A stretch of 64,000 nt of DNA, taken from assembly GCA_017622235.1 (NCBI GenBank), contig JAGARN010000001.1, positions 1,238 through 65,237 of the forward strand, given 5' to 3'. The stretch's first letter is position 1. Every line of letters begins with the position of its first letter. Under the pieces are notes generated by a model. That model worked only from the letters and a program-made list of their open reading frames with translations. It made no database searches and had not been told where the DNA came from. This DNA comes from Spirochaetaceae bacterium. Its GTDB lineage: Bacteria > Spirochaetota > Spirochaetia > Treponematales > Treponemataceae. Shown here one piece after another: positions 30,829 to 41,076 of this stretch. A program made the position numbers and the translations under genes.

Positions 30829-33129
30829 ATGAACAAAGAAACTCATGTTGTCATTATACAACCGCCACTGGTACAACTTAATACGCCATACCCTTCTGGT
30901 GCATATCTTAAATCCTTTTTTCAAAGGATAAAATCGGATTATCCTGAATTTTACATTGGGCAAGTAAAATGGCTAGACCTTTCGATTATGCTTTTTCATA
31001 GTATCTTTTCTGTACAAGGACTAAAACATATTTTTTCTGCAACAGAAGAAAAGGCTTTAGAACAAGCAACCCTTAGCGAAAAAATTGGTCAAACAAACGA
31101 AGCATTTAATTTACGAAGATACATCAGTCAACAAGAAGCTTGGATAAAATGGATTGAACCTATAAAACAAATTTTATCCGCAAGTAGCCGAGAATTATGC
31201 CATGAGTTTGTAAGTTCCCCTGCAATTCCCAGAGGTCAGCGTATGGAAAGCTACCTTCAAGAATTAGAAAGAGAAGTAGATAGTGACGATGCAAGAATTC
31301 TTGCTTCTCTTGCCTTAGCAGACTTAGCAGATTATATCTGTGTTATGTTTGATTCAGCCTTTACTTTAATTCGCTATGGCGAATCTATTGCTACAAGCAT
31401 CACCGATTTTAACCAAGTTGAATCAATGATTAACTCACCAATACTAAAAAAATTTTATGAACCTTTGTTAGAAAAAATATTAAATGAACTACCTCAAGAA
31501 GGAAATCTGCTTATCTGCATAACTTGTCCTTTTCCTGGCACATTAGCAGCAAGTTTGTTTACAGGAAGAAAAGCAAAAGAAAAATTTGGTTGTAGAGCCA
31601 AAATTATAATGGGTGGCGGTTACGTAAACACAGAACTAAGAGAACTGAAGAATTCTGCCCTTAGCCAATATATTGACGGTCTGAGCTTTGACAGAGGTTA
31701 TGGCTCTTATCTTAATTTATTCACTCAACTTTGCCAAAATAGCAACCAACAAGATACCAAAATATACAAGCTCAGACAATTTTTTCCAAAAAATATAATT
31801 GATTGTTCTAGTACGGAATCTAATTCTAACTGGGCAAAAAAAGAAGATTATTACACAAGTTGCGTTTTTCCTGACTATAGCGAAATTGATTTTTCTCTTT
31901 ATCCAAGGTTATTAGATAGCCGTAATCCAATGCACCGACTGTGGTCAGATGGGGCTTGGATAAAAGCATATTTAGCCCATGGTTGCTACTGGCATAGGTG
32001 TGCATTTTGCGACACAACTTTGGATTATGTTTATGCATACCGAAAAACACAAATTAAAGCTTTACATGAACACTTATGGCAACAAGCAGAACAACAAAAA
32101 ATTTTTGGAATACATTTAGTTGATGAGGCCGCTCCGCCAGTTGCTTTAGCAGATTTTGCCCTTTGCAACCTGAAAAAAAACCATCCTCTTTCATTCTGGG
32201 GTAATATACGCTACGAAAAATCATTTTCCAGAGATTTAGCAGATTTATTAGCTCATTCTGGAATGACAGGAGTTTCTGGTGGGATTGAAATTGCTAATAG
32301 CAGGGGATTAGATGCAATTTCCAAAGGAACAGATTTGGACTCTATAATCGCCGCCTGTGCAGCGTTTAAAGAAGCTGGTATTTTAACTCATGCCTACATG
32401 ATTTATGGCTACTGGCTAGAAACCCCACAAATTCTTTCTGATTCTATGGAAACCTTGCGGCAACTTTTTTTAGCAGGATTAATTGACAGTGCATTTTGGC
32501 ATAAATTTGTTCTTACAAAACATTCAACTGTATACGCTCAATATAAAAAAGGTTTTTTTCAAGAACTTAAGCCCTTTGATTCTACAACAGGCGGCGTTTT
32601 TGCCTGTAACGATTTACACTTCGCCGAAGAGAAAAAAAGCAACCGCTATTCATTTGGATTGCAACAATCTGTGGCTGCATGGATGGCTAGAAAAGAATTA
32701 AATCGTAGCGTAAACACTTGGTTTGATTTTCCCTTCCCTAAACCTTCTGTTCCAAAGGATTTTGTTGACAAAGCAATTACAAAATATGAAGAAAAGAGAA
32801 ATGCAGCATTTAAAGATTTTGAAAACTTTAAAAACACAAAGGGCTACTCATACATTTGGCTTGGTGGCAAACCCTTCGTTACAACAAAATGTTGCGGTAA
32901 TACAAACAAGTTACAAATATGTTGGAATTATATGGGAGAACTATTGTTCAACAATCTTGAACCGAATACAGATTTAACTACAGCAAAAAAAATTGCATTA
33001 AGTCTTTTCAACATGAAAGCAGATTCTCAAGAAGAACTATTATCAACTTCAGCAGAATTTTTATTCAACAATCTTACAGAAAAGATGTATCACGGTTTTC
33101 GTGGCAAAGGCTTATGTAGAATTCGCTAA
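30829..33129 (+). CDS. B12-binding-domain radical SAM protein
   Basis: QLNTPYPSGAYL N-terminus, GGGYVNTELR, GCYWHRCAFCD cluster motif, VDEAAPP. Confidence 0.85.
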   Translation: MNKETHVVIIQPPLVQLNTPYPSGAYLKSFFQRIKSDYPEFYIGQVKWLDLSIMLFHSIFSVQGLKHIFSATEEKALEQATLSEKIGQTNEAFNLRRYISQQEAWIKWIEPIKQILSASSRELCHEFVSSPAIPRGQRMESYLQELEREVDSDDARILASLALADLADYICVMFDSAFTLIRYGESIATSITDFNQVESMINSPILKKFYEPLLEKILNELPQEGNLLICITCPFPGTLAASLFTGRKAKEKFGCRAKIIMGGGYVNTELRELKNSALSQYIDGLSFDRGYGSYLNLFTQLCQNSNQQDTKIYKLRQFFPKNIIDCSSTESNSNWAKKEDYYTSCVFPDYSEIDFSLYPRLLDSRNPMHRLWSDGAWIKAYLAHGCYWHRCAFCDTTLDYVYAYRKTQIKALHEHLWQQAEQQKIFGIHLVDEAAPPVALADFALCNLKKNHPLSFWGNIRYEKSFSRDLADLLAHSGMTGVSGGIEIANSRGLDAISKGTDLDSIIAACAAFKEAGILTHAYMIYGYWLETPQILSDSMETLRQLFLAGLIDSAFWHKFVLTKHSTVYAQYKKGFFQELKPFDSTTGGVFACNDLHFAEEKKSNRYSFGLQQSVAAWMARKELNRSVNTWFDFPFPKPSVPKDFVDKAITKYEEKRNAAFKDFENFKNTKGYSYIWLGGKPFVTTKCCGNTNKLQICWNYMGELLFNNLEPNTDLTTAKKIALSLFNMKADSQEELLSTSAEFLFNNLTEKMYHGFRGKGLCRIR

Positions 33130-33184
33130 AACAAACAAGATATGTTTCCTTGCCCATAGCGAACTTACATGATATAGTTAGCCT

Positions 33185-34771
33185 ATGTCATGTACTGAAT
33201 CATATATTTCTGTTCAAAATTGTGCAATCTGCAACGGAAAAAACATTTTAGTTAGCCCTTTTTCTTGGGAATTCAAAATAGGTCAAGTTTGGCTTGTAAC
33301 TGGTCCAAACGGCGGAGGAAAAGATTTTTTTGTTCAAGCATTAAAAAATCAAAATGCCACCTTCGGTCAAGTTTATTTTGAAAAGCAAAGAGAACAATCG
33401 TCATATTTTAATTCCTTTGGGAATAGCATATCTCTTGTTTCCCTAGAAGTAGCTGCTTCTTTAATTGAAGAAGAGCGACAAAATGACGAAAGCGATTACA
33501 TAGAAGGTGGTGTTGATATTGGTCGTACAGCGGAACAATTTATTAGCGAAGTACTACCACCAAATTATTGTTTCAATCTAAAAGGTAGCCGAGAAGTAGA
33601 ACTTTGCGGTATTAAATCTGTTTTAAACCGTGGACTAAAATATCTTTCTACAGGCGAAATTCGTCGAGTTCTTTTGTGTCGTTCATTACTTTCAAAAAGT
33701 CGGCTCTTAATTTTATCAGACCCCTTTGCAGGTTTAGACCTAGAATCTAGAACTATACTGCGAGATTTTCTTTCTGTTATGGCAAAGGAGCCGTCAAAAG
33801 ATACCGCTATAATTCTTTGCATGGAAGGTTTAATCGAATTACCAGAAGGAATAACAGATGTACTTGAATTTACTGACGGAAAAGTATCCTTTTGTTCTTC
33901 CATAGCTGAATACGCTAAAACTCACCAGCAAAGACAAAAAAATAATGAAAAAAATAAACTACAACAAAAAGAAAAAATATCTCAAACAGTTAAAGAAATT
34001 CATTTTGAACGCCAACTAATAACCAATACTCAACAAAAGAACCATTCCAAAACACAAATATCTCAAAATTCACAAGAGTTAGTATCTATGCACAACGTAA
34101 ATGTTGGTTGGGGTGGTCACACCGTACTAAAAAATTTAACTTGGAGGCTTTACGCTGGGCAACACTGGCTTATACGAGGACCTAACGGTTCTGGTAAAAC
34201 AACGCTACTAGAACTTATAACTGGCGACAATATGCAAGTATTTTGCAACGATGTTTCCATATTTGGTCGTCGCCGTGGCACAGGAGAAACCGTATGGGAA
34301 ATAAAAGAAAAAATGGGAATTGTATCCTATCGTTTACATCTTGAATACAGAATGATTGGAAACACTGATTTAGAAGCAGTTCTTTTGTCTGGCTTTCATG
34401 ATAGCATTGGGCTTTACGAACAGCGTTCTCAAGTAGAACAAGCGGCTGTCAAGAAGTGGCTTTCATTTGGCGGATTTTCTGGCAGAGAACATGAACCATT
34501 TAATTCTCTTTCTTATGGTGAACAAAGGGCAATATTGATACTACGAGGGGTAGTAAAATGTCCTACGCTTCTTGTACTTGATGAACCTTGCCATGGGCTT
34601 GATGAAAATTATCGAAATCGTATATTGCAACTTTTAGAATCAATCGCAGATACAGGTTCTACAACTTTGCTTCACGTTACTCATGACCCCACAGAAGTTT
34701 TATCTTGCGAAAAACATATACTTGAACTAAGACCCAAGGAAGATCCCATGTATAAAATCATCACTCAATAA
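33185..34771 (+). CDS. ModF-like double ABC ATPase
   Basis: Two NBDs: GPNGGGKD/LSTGE and GPNGSGKTT/LSYGEQR/LDEPCHGLD; GTGETVWEIK typical of ModF. Confidence 0.85.
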   Translation: MSCTESYISVQNCAICNGKNILVSPFSWEFKIGQVWLVTGPNGGGKDFFVQALKNQNATFGQVYFEKQREQSSYFNSFGNSISLVSLEVAASLIEEERQNDESDYIEGGVDIGRTAEQFISEVLPPNYCFNLKGSREVELCGIKSVLNRGLKYLSTGEIRRVLLCRSLLSKSRLLILSDPFAGLDLESRTILRDFLSVMAKEPSKDTAIILCMEGLIELPEGITDVLEFTDGKVSFCSSIAEYAKTHQQRQKNNEKNKLQQKEKISQTVKEIHFERQLITNTQQKNHSKTQISQNSQELVSMHNVNVGWGGHTVLKNLTWRLYAGQHWLIRGPNGSGKTTLLELITGDNMQVFCNDVSIFGRRRGTGETVWEIKEKMGIVSYRLHLEYRMIGNTDLEAVLLSGFHDSIGLYEQRSQVEQAAVKKWLSFGGFSGREHEPFNSLSYGEQRAILILRGVVKCPTLLVLDEPCHGLDENYRNRILQLLESIADTGSTTLLHVTHDPTEVLSCEKHILELRPKEDPMYKIITQ

Positions 34772-34882
34772 AATATGAATATAAAAAATAATTTTCTTAA
34801 GCTAATGATGAGTATTTTTTACTGTACATTGCTATAATATTAGTGTATAAAATAGTTTAACCTAACTTACAGGAGTAAAACC

Positions 34883-36241
34883 ATGGCAGAAACTCTTAGA
34901 GCCGTAGACATTATCATGAAAAAAAGAGGAAATCCTATAAATCCTTCCGGAGAGGAACTTTCTAGGCAAGAGTTGGAATTTCTTATAAATGGTTATGTTG
35001 CAGGAACAATTCCTGAATACCAGATTTCTGCTTGGCTTATGGCTGTTTTTTTTAATGGAATGACATTTAATGAAAGTGCAACTTTAACAGATATAATGCT
35101 ACATTCTGGCGATATAATGAACCACCACAACACTGATATTCCAAACCTAAAAGGTCCTTTCGTCGATAAACATTCCACCGGAGGTGTAGGCGACAAAATA
35201 TCTTTGCCACTCGCACCAATCGTAGCAGCTTGCGGCATACAAGTTCCAATGATGAGCGGTCGTGCTTTAGGACACACTGGTGGTACTTTAGATAAATTGG
35301 AATCCATAGAAGGCTACAAAGCTACCCTTCCAACCCAAAAGTTTCAACAACTTATTGCCAAAACCGGATTTGCCATGACAGGACAAACTAAAACCGTAGT
35401 TCCTGCTGACAGATTACTTTATGCTTTACGTGATGTAACAGGTACTGTAGAATCAATTCCTCTTATAACAGCAAGCATACTCTCAAAAAAAGTTGCGGAA
35501 GGTTCTGATGCTCTTGTTTTTGATGTTAAATACGGTTCTGGGGCATTTATGAAAACCAAATCTGATGCAGAAAAACTAGCACTTAGCTTAGTAAAAACCG
35601 CACAAGCTATGAAAAAAGAATCTTCTGCCCTTATTACAAATATGCAAAGTCCCCTAGGTAACAAAATCGGCAACTTTTTGGAAATTGAAGAAACTTTAGA
35701 GTGTCTTAATGGCAAAGGTCCATCAGATGTAATGGAATTAACTTTCAGTCTAGCAGTTCAAATGTTGTTACTTGGAGCTAAACTTGAAGGAAAAAAACTT
35801 GAACCACAAGAAGCTTTAAATCGTTGTCATTCAGCTGTAACTTCAGGAAAAGCTCTTGAACTTTTTTTACAAAATGTAGCCGACCAAGGTGGTAATCCAG
35901 ACAAACTTATTTTACAAGTTGGAAAGAGACGTAGCAATTTTTACACAAAACTTGTTGCAAAAAAAGATGGTTACATCTCAATGGATGCCTATAAAATCGG
36001 TCTTTCTGGAGTATACCTTGGTGTTGGTCGAAATCGAACAGAAGATTTAGTTTGTTCTGATGCAGGTTTCATTTTACACCGACATCATGGGGATTTGGTA
36101 AAAAAAGGCGAATTAATTCTTGAAATTTTTGGTAAAGATAATCAATGCCTTGATCCTGCTTTAGCCATGGCAGAAGAAGCAATAACATACTCAAACGAAA
36201 AACTTATTTTAGAACCATTGATTTACAGGGAAATAAACTAA
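34883..36241 (+). CDS. pdp: Thymidine/pyrimidine-nucleoside phosphorylase
   Basis: DKHSTGGVGDK, SGRALGHTGGTLDKLESI, SILSKK. Confidence 0.93.
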   Translation: MAETLRAVDIIMKKRGNPINPSGEELSRQELEFLINGYVAGTIPEYQISAWLMAVFFNGMTFNESATLTDIMLHSGDIMNHHNTDIPNLKGPFVDKHSTGGVGDKISLPLAPIVAACGIQVPMMSGRALGHTGGTLDKLESIEGYKATLPTQKFQQLIAKTGFAMTGQTKTVVPADRLLYALRDVTGTVESIPLITASILSKKVAEGSDALVFDVKYGSGAFMKTKSDAEKLALSLVKTAQAMKKESSALITNMQSPLGNKIGNFLEIEETLECLNGKGPSDVMELTFSLAVQMLLLGAKLEGKKLEPQEALNRCHSAVTSGKALELFLQNVADQGGNPDKLILQVGKRRSNFYTKLVAKKDGYISMDAYKIGLSGVYLGVGRNRTEDLVCSDAGFILHRHHGDLVKKGELILEIFGKDNQCLDPALAMAEEAITYSNEKLILEPLIYREIN

Positions 36242-36243
36242 AC

Positions 36244-38367
36244 ATGATTTGCGAAAAAAAAGAAATCTCAAGAGATGAAATTATTGAATTGTGCAATCGT
36301 TTTGGCTGTTCAGCTTTAACCGCATCTATTCTTGTGCGAAGAGGTATAACCAATGGAGAAAGTATTCAGTATTACCTTGAAAATGATTTGCGGTATCTTC
36401 ATAGCCCATTCCTTTTGTCAACAATGGAAGACGCTGTTGATCGCATTCTTGACGCAAAAGAAGAAGGTGAAAAAGTATTAGTTTTTGGCGACAGAGATGT
36501 TGATGGAATAACAAGCACAACAATATTATATCAATGTCTGGTAGAATTAGGAATTGATGTAAAGTGGCGAATTCCCACCGGAGAAGATGCATACGGTCTA
36601 TCAATAAATGCTGTAGAAGAATTTGCAGCAGAATATGGTACTTTAATTATTACAGTAGACTGTGGCATTTCAAATAATCAAGAAATTGAAAGAGCAAACC
36701 AACTTGGTATAGATGTAATTGTAACAGACCATCACAATCCACCAGAAGAATTACCAGATGCAGCGGTTATAGTAAATCCCAAGATGCCAAACTCTGGCTA
36801 TCCTTTTCCGGACATTTCGGGTTGTACCGTAGCTTATAAGTTAGCTTGTGCATTACGCTTTGCAAAAACCGAACTGTACAAACAAGAAATTTGCCTTCTG
36901 AATGTAAGACCTGTAAACGAAGCATATATAATTGAATGTGCAAAAATAGTAAACATGACTGAACGAGGTCGGCTGTCCGAAACCATAGTTCCTGGAATGG
37001 TACGCATAGAAAATACACGTTTAATACCTTTTTTACGAGGACAGCAAATACTTGTATGGGATGCACCTTTGCAAAAAAAGCAACTTCAAAAAATTTTTGG
37101 CAACGGTGTGGAATTCAATATGATGGATATTCGTGAACAAGTTGCTTCTGTAATTCCAGCTGTAAAAAATGCCAGTTTACTAAGAGTTAAGGAAATGTCT
37201 AAAATTTTGCATTACAAAGACGGCGTTTCTTCTGAATTAGATGGGTTTTGCAACATTTTTATCACATATATCAACAAAAAAACTTCTAACCCGCAACAAA
37301 ATAAAAGCCAGGATTTGCAACTTGTAGCACTAGCTGCTTTAGCTGACATAATGCCACTACAAAACGAAAACCGCATACTAGTACGTCAAGGAATTATGGC
37401 AATTAATAAAGGCAACATTCCTCAGGGTATACTTGAACTCATGGCAAGACTTAATATGACTGGCAAGAGATGTAGCAGCACAGATTTATCATGGAATCTT
37501 GTACCTGTTTTAAATGCTGCAGGTCGCCTTGGGCAGGCGGAACTTGCCGTACAACTTTTTTTAGAAGAAGACAAATTAAAAAGAGATAAACTTGCAGAAA
37601 AAATAATTGAACTAAACAAAGAAAGAAGGCAACTAGGAAATGACGCTTGGACATTTGTGGAAAAACAGGCTTACGAAAGTTTTGAAAGTCATAAACAAAA
37701 ACTTGTTGTAGTGAAAGATTCTCGAATCCACAGAGGTGTTTGTGGAATACTCGCATCTAACTTGGTAAAGGTTTTTAATGTACCAGCTATAGCTATTACA
37801 ATTATGGATGGAGGTACGGCTGTTGGTTCTATACGATCCACAAGAGGCTTTGATGTTACTGGGCTTTTAGCATATTGCTCTGAACTTTTTATAAATCACG
37901 GGGGACATAATTTTGCAGCAGGATTCAGCTTGCAAGAAGAAAATTTACCAGAACTTTTGGATCGACTGTTGCAATTTGCCCCAGAAATAGAATTAGAAAA
38001 AGAAAAAGTTCAACTACCATTTGTTGATGCAGAAATTCCGCATGAATGGCTTAACCCAGAATTACTCAACGTAATCGATTCCTTTGAACCCTACGGCGAA
38101 AGCAACCCCCCTCTTTTATTTTTAAGTCGCAATTTAAAAATAATCGCAGCGGACACCATGGGCAAAGGAGAAAGACGACATCTGAAACTCACACTCGATG
38201 CAGGAAAAAACAAGTGGCCAGGAATTATCTGGGGTGCAGCAGAAAAACTAGGACAAGAATTTAACGTAGGCGACTATGTTAACGTACTTTACCAAATAGA
38301 ACGGAATCTATTCAACGGAACAGAATCTGCTCAAATGATTATAAGTGCGATAGAAAAAAACCGCTAA
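36244..38367 (+). CDS. recJ: Single-stranded DNA exonuclease RecJ with internal insertion
   Basis: GDRDVDGITS, ITVDCGIS, VTDHH, LNAAGRL, GGHNFAAG, EPYGESNP. Confidence 0.95.
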   Translation: MICEKKEISRDEIIELCNRFGCSALTASILVRRGITNGESIQYYLENDLRYLHSPFLLSTMEDAVDRILDAKEEGEKVLVFGDRDVDGITSTTILYQCLVELGIDVKWRIPTGEDAYGLSINAVEEFAAEYGTLIITVDCGISNNQEIERANQLGIDVIVTDHHNPPEELPDAAVIVNPKMPNSGYPFPDISGCTVAYKLACALRFAKTELYKQEICLLNVRPVNEAYIIECAKIVNMTERGRLSETIVPGMVRIENTRLIPFLRGQQILVWDAPLQKKQLQKIFGNGVEFNMMDIREQVASVIPAVKNASLLRVKEMSKILHYKDGVSSELDGFCNIFITYINKKTSNPQQNKSQDLQLVALAALADIMPLQNENRILVRQGIMAINKGNIPQGILELMARLNMTGKRCSSTDLSWNLVPVLNAAGRLGQAELAVQLFLEEDKLKRDKLAEKIIELNKERRQLGNDAWTFVEKQAYESFESHKQKLVVVKDSRIHRGVCGILASNLVKVFNVPAIAITIMDGGTAVGSIRSTRGFDVTGLLAYCSELFINHGGHNFAAGFSLQEENLPELLDRLLQFAPEIELEKEKVQLPFVDAEIPHEWLNPELLNVIDSFEPYGESNPPLLFLSRNLKIIAADTMGKGERRHLKLTLDAGKNKWPGIIWGAAEKLGQEFNVGDYVNVLYQIERNLFNGTESAQMIISAIEKNR

Positions 38368-38376
38368 AAATAGAAT

Positions 38377-38916
38377 CTATTCGCTGTCGTAGTTTATCAT
38401 CGTACGCACAGGAGTTGGTGCTAGAACCTCTTGGTAATCAAGGAATGGTAAACCAACAACACCAAGGAATTCTGCAACAGTAGCTCCTCCTTGTTCTATT
38501 ATGGTACGTGCTGCTTTCAAAGTTCCACCTGTTGCAATAAGGTCGTCTATAACAACAACACGCTGCCCTGCTTTAATATCATCAACATGAGCTTCTATTT
38601 CTGCTGTTCCATACTCAAGTGAATACTTACAAGAAAATGTCTTTCCTGGCAACTTGCCTTTTTTTCTAATAAGAATTAATGGCTTTTTTAAACGTGCTGC
38701 CAAGGGAGCTGCAAATAGAAATCCCCTAGATTCAATACCAGATATAGCATCAGCACCAATTTCTATGCACCATTTTTCCATCTGGTCAAGACAAAACTCA
38801 AAAGCTTCTGGGTTAACCAAAACTCCTGTTATATCATAAAACAAAATCCCTGGCTTAGGAAAATCTGGAATACGACGAATGGATTTATCAAGGACATCTA
38901 AACTACTCATAAGCAT
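38377..38916 (-). CDS. apt: Adenine phosphoribosyltransferase
   Basis: IPDFPKPGILFYDIT, IRKKGKLPG, VVIDDLIATGGT. Confidence 0.96.
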   Translation of the reverse strand: MLMSSLDVLDKSIRRIPDFPKPGILFYDITGVLVNPEAFEFCLDQMEKWCIEIGADAISGIESRGFLFAAPLAARLKKPLILIRKKGKLPGKTFSCKYSLEYGTAEIEAHVDDIKAGQRVVVIDDLIATGGTLKAARTIIEQGGATVAEFLGVVGLPFLDYQEVLAPTPVRTMINYDSE

Positions 38917-38922
38917 ATATTA

Positions 38923-39834
38923 CTATGGCAAAGCACCCACGTCAATACGTGCCATGGCTATTCTTTTTTGTCGCACATCCTCTAAGAGATGACACATACT
39001 CTCCGTATTATCTGCAACAAGCAAACCACGAATCTTTTCCATGGAGTCAATAAAAGTATCAATATGAGTCAAAAGTTCTTTTTTATTTGCAGCAAAAAGC
39101 TCTGTCCACAGCGGAGCATTTATCATAGCAATGCGAGTTAAATCTTCAAAACTACCACCACCAAAAGCAGTTACATTAGTATCTTCTGCACTATCTACCA
39201 AGGCAGAAGCAATAACGTGACAAAGTTGAGAAGTAAAAGCAATTTTATGATCATGAATGGTGGCATCAGTTTCTATTATCCTTGTAAAACCTATACTTGT
39301 AACAAGGTGCCTAAAAAAATCTAAATGTTCTATTTTGTTCTGCGAAAGTGGCATTAAAATATAGTTTCTTCCTACAAAGACAGCTCCTGACGCATGAACA
39401 TAACCTTCTTTTTCGCCACCAGCCATTGGGTGTCCGCTAATAAAATCTACATCCTCTCGTAATATTTGAGGCAATGCAGTAATTATTTGGGACTTAACAC
39501 CAGAAATATCTGTAACTACAGCTCCACTCTTAAATTCCATACGATGAGCTTTTATAAAATCCAATGTAGCCTTAGGATAAAGACACACAAAAACAACATC
39601 GCATATAGCAAGCATTTTTCCAACTTCAGAGGGACTGTAGCCACAAGAAATAATACCGTCATTTTTTGCCTGAGAAAGAGTTGCATTTTGTGTATCACAG
39701 GCTACAATATCACCTTTAGCATTTGGTACGTTTAAAATATTCTGCCTTATGGCTTTCGCAAAAGAACCACCCATAAGCCCTAATCCAACAAAACCATATA
39801 CAAGGTTACTGGCATTACAAACACTTACAATCAC
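38923..39834 (-). CDS. tyrA: Prephenate/arogenate dehydrogenase
   Basis: GLGLMGGS, DISGVK, GHPMAGGE, HD..IAFTSQLCH, GGSFEDLTRIA. Confidence 0.92.
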   Translation of the reverse strand: MIVSVCNASNLVYGFVGLGLMGGSFAKAIRQNILNVPNAKGDIVACDTQNATLSQAKNDGIISCGYSPSEVGKMLAICDVVFVCLYPKATLDFIKAHRMEFKSGAVVTDISGVKSQIITALPQILREDVDFISGHPMAGGEKEGYVHASGAVFVGRNYILMPLSQNKIEHLDFFRHLVTSIGFTRIIETDATIHDHKIAFTSQLCHVIASALVDSAEDTNVTAFGGGSFEDLTRIAMINAPLWTELFAANKKELLTHIDTFIDSMEKIRGLLVADNTESMCHLLEDVRQKRIAMARIDVGALP

Positions 39835-40862
39835 AAAGTACGTCCTTCCACACTAGCATATTTTTTTAGTACCTTCATCAAATCATCAAACTGAGCAGGC
39901 GTTAAAGATTGTTCGCCGTCACAAAGGGCACACTCTGGATTATTATGAACTTCTACCATAATTCCATCCGCTCCTGCAGCAACAGCCGCCTTTGCTAATG
40001 TGGGAACCATCCAGCTCATGCCACAAGCATGACTTGGGTCGATTACGATAGGCAAATGACTTTGCTTTTTAAGGAAGGGGATTGCACTTAAATCCAAAAT
40101 ATTTCGTGTGTAGTTATCAAAACCTCGTATTCCACGCTCACACAAAATCACGTTTTCATTTCCAGCTGCCATTATGTATTCAGCAGACATAAGCAATTCT
40201 TTTACAGTATTAGCAAGCCCTCTTTTCAATAAAATAGTTTTATTGCAATTACCAAGTTCCTTCAATAAATCAAAATTTTGCATATTTCTTGCACCAATTT
40301 GAATCACATCAACGTCGTTAAAGAGTTCTAACTGAGTTATAGACATAAGTTCTGTTACAATAGGAAGTCCTGTTGCTTTTTTTGCTGCTAAAAGCAATTC
40401 TATACCTTGCCCACCCAAACCTTGAAAACTATACGGACTTGTTCGTGGTTTAAAAGCACCACCACGTAACAATCTTGCACCAGAAGCCTTTACACTTTCG
40501 GCAATATCCGTAAGTTGCTCTTCACTTTCTACAGAACAAGGACCTGCAATAATTGGTATTGAATTTCCACCAAAAACGGCTGGTGTAACTCCAAACTGTT
40601 TTGTACCAACTTCAATCAAGGAATTTTCTGGATGAAAAGCCCGGCTTGCCATTTTGTATGGAGCTTGAACCCTGACTACATTATCAACTAATTGATTAAC
40701 CATTAAGCTTTCTGGTTGCATTTTTGTTGTGTCACCAACAAGACCAAGAATTGTATGGTCAATTCCTTCAGAAACATGGACGGTAAAACCCATTCCTTCT
40801 AAATGCCGAATAAAACTTTTAACTTCTGTCTTGGGCGAATTTGGCTTTAATACTACTATCAA
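39831..40862 (-). CDS. aroF: DAHP synthase type I-beta with N-terminal regulatory (ACT-like) domain
   Basis: IAGPCSVES, GGAFKPRTSPYSFQG, QIGARNMQN, CERGIR, DPSH. TTG start with AGGAGA SD. Confidence 0.95.
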   Translation of the reverse strand: MIVVLKPNSPKTEVKSFIRHLEGMGFTVHVSEGIDHTILGLVGDTTKMQPESLMVNQLVDNVVRVQAPYKMASRAFHPENSLIEVGTKQFGVTPAVFGGNSIPIIAGPCSVESEEQLTDIAESVKASGARLLRGGAFKPRTSPYSFQGLGGQGIELLLAAKKATGLPIVTELMSITQLELFNDVDVIQIGARNMQNFDLLKELGNCNKTILLKRGLANTVKELLMSAEYIMAAGNENVILCERGIRGFDNYTRNILDLSAIPFLKKQSHLPIVIDPSHACGMSWMVPTLAKAAVAAGADGIMVEVHNNPECALCDGEQSLTPAQFDDLMKVLKKYASVEGRTL

Positions 40863-40884
40863 TTTCTATCTCCTATAAAATTAT

Positions 40885-40930
40885 AAAAAACGGGCTGTCG
40901 CAAAAGCTAAAAACTTTCTCGACAGCCCGT
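40885..40930 (-). terminator. Attenuator terminator upstream of aroF
   Basis: mRNA ACGGGCUGUCG...CGACAGCCCGU-UUUUU, 11-bp perfect outer stem, about 23 nt before the aroF start. Confidence 0.88.
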
Positions 40931-40956
40931 GTATTTGCTACCAAAAGCATCCTCTT

Positions 40957-41070
40957 TTAGGATTGCCTTTTAACCCGTGCTTGACGAGAGGAATTCTGAT
41001 AATAATAATACATCTCATAAGATGAAATCATTGAACTGTTCCTTGCCACACAGGCTAAAATTAACTTCAT
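40957..41070 (-). CDS. Tyr-rich leader peptide of aroF-tyrA (37 aa; alternative start 41031 gives 24 aa)
   Basis: MKLILACVARNSSMISSYEMYYYYQNSSRQARVKRQS*, with four consecutive TAT codons plus one more; lies between promoter and terminator. Confidence 0.8.
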   Translation of the reverse strand: MKLILACVARNSSMISSYEMYYYYQNSSRQARVKRQS

Positions 41071-41076
41071 AATTTA

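Noticed and set aside
31980-32015. Non-canonical CX4CX2C motif in the radical SAM protein as a novelty
   Set aside because: GCYWxxCxFC spacing is, to my knowledge, normal for this B12-binding subfamily
40885-41070. T-box riboswitch upstream of aroF
   Set aside because: No GGUGGNACC T-box bulge or recognisable stem I; the Tyr-codon uORF explains the terminator better
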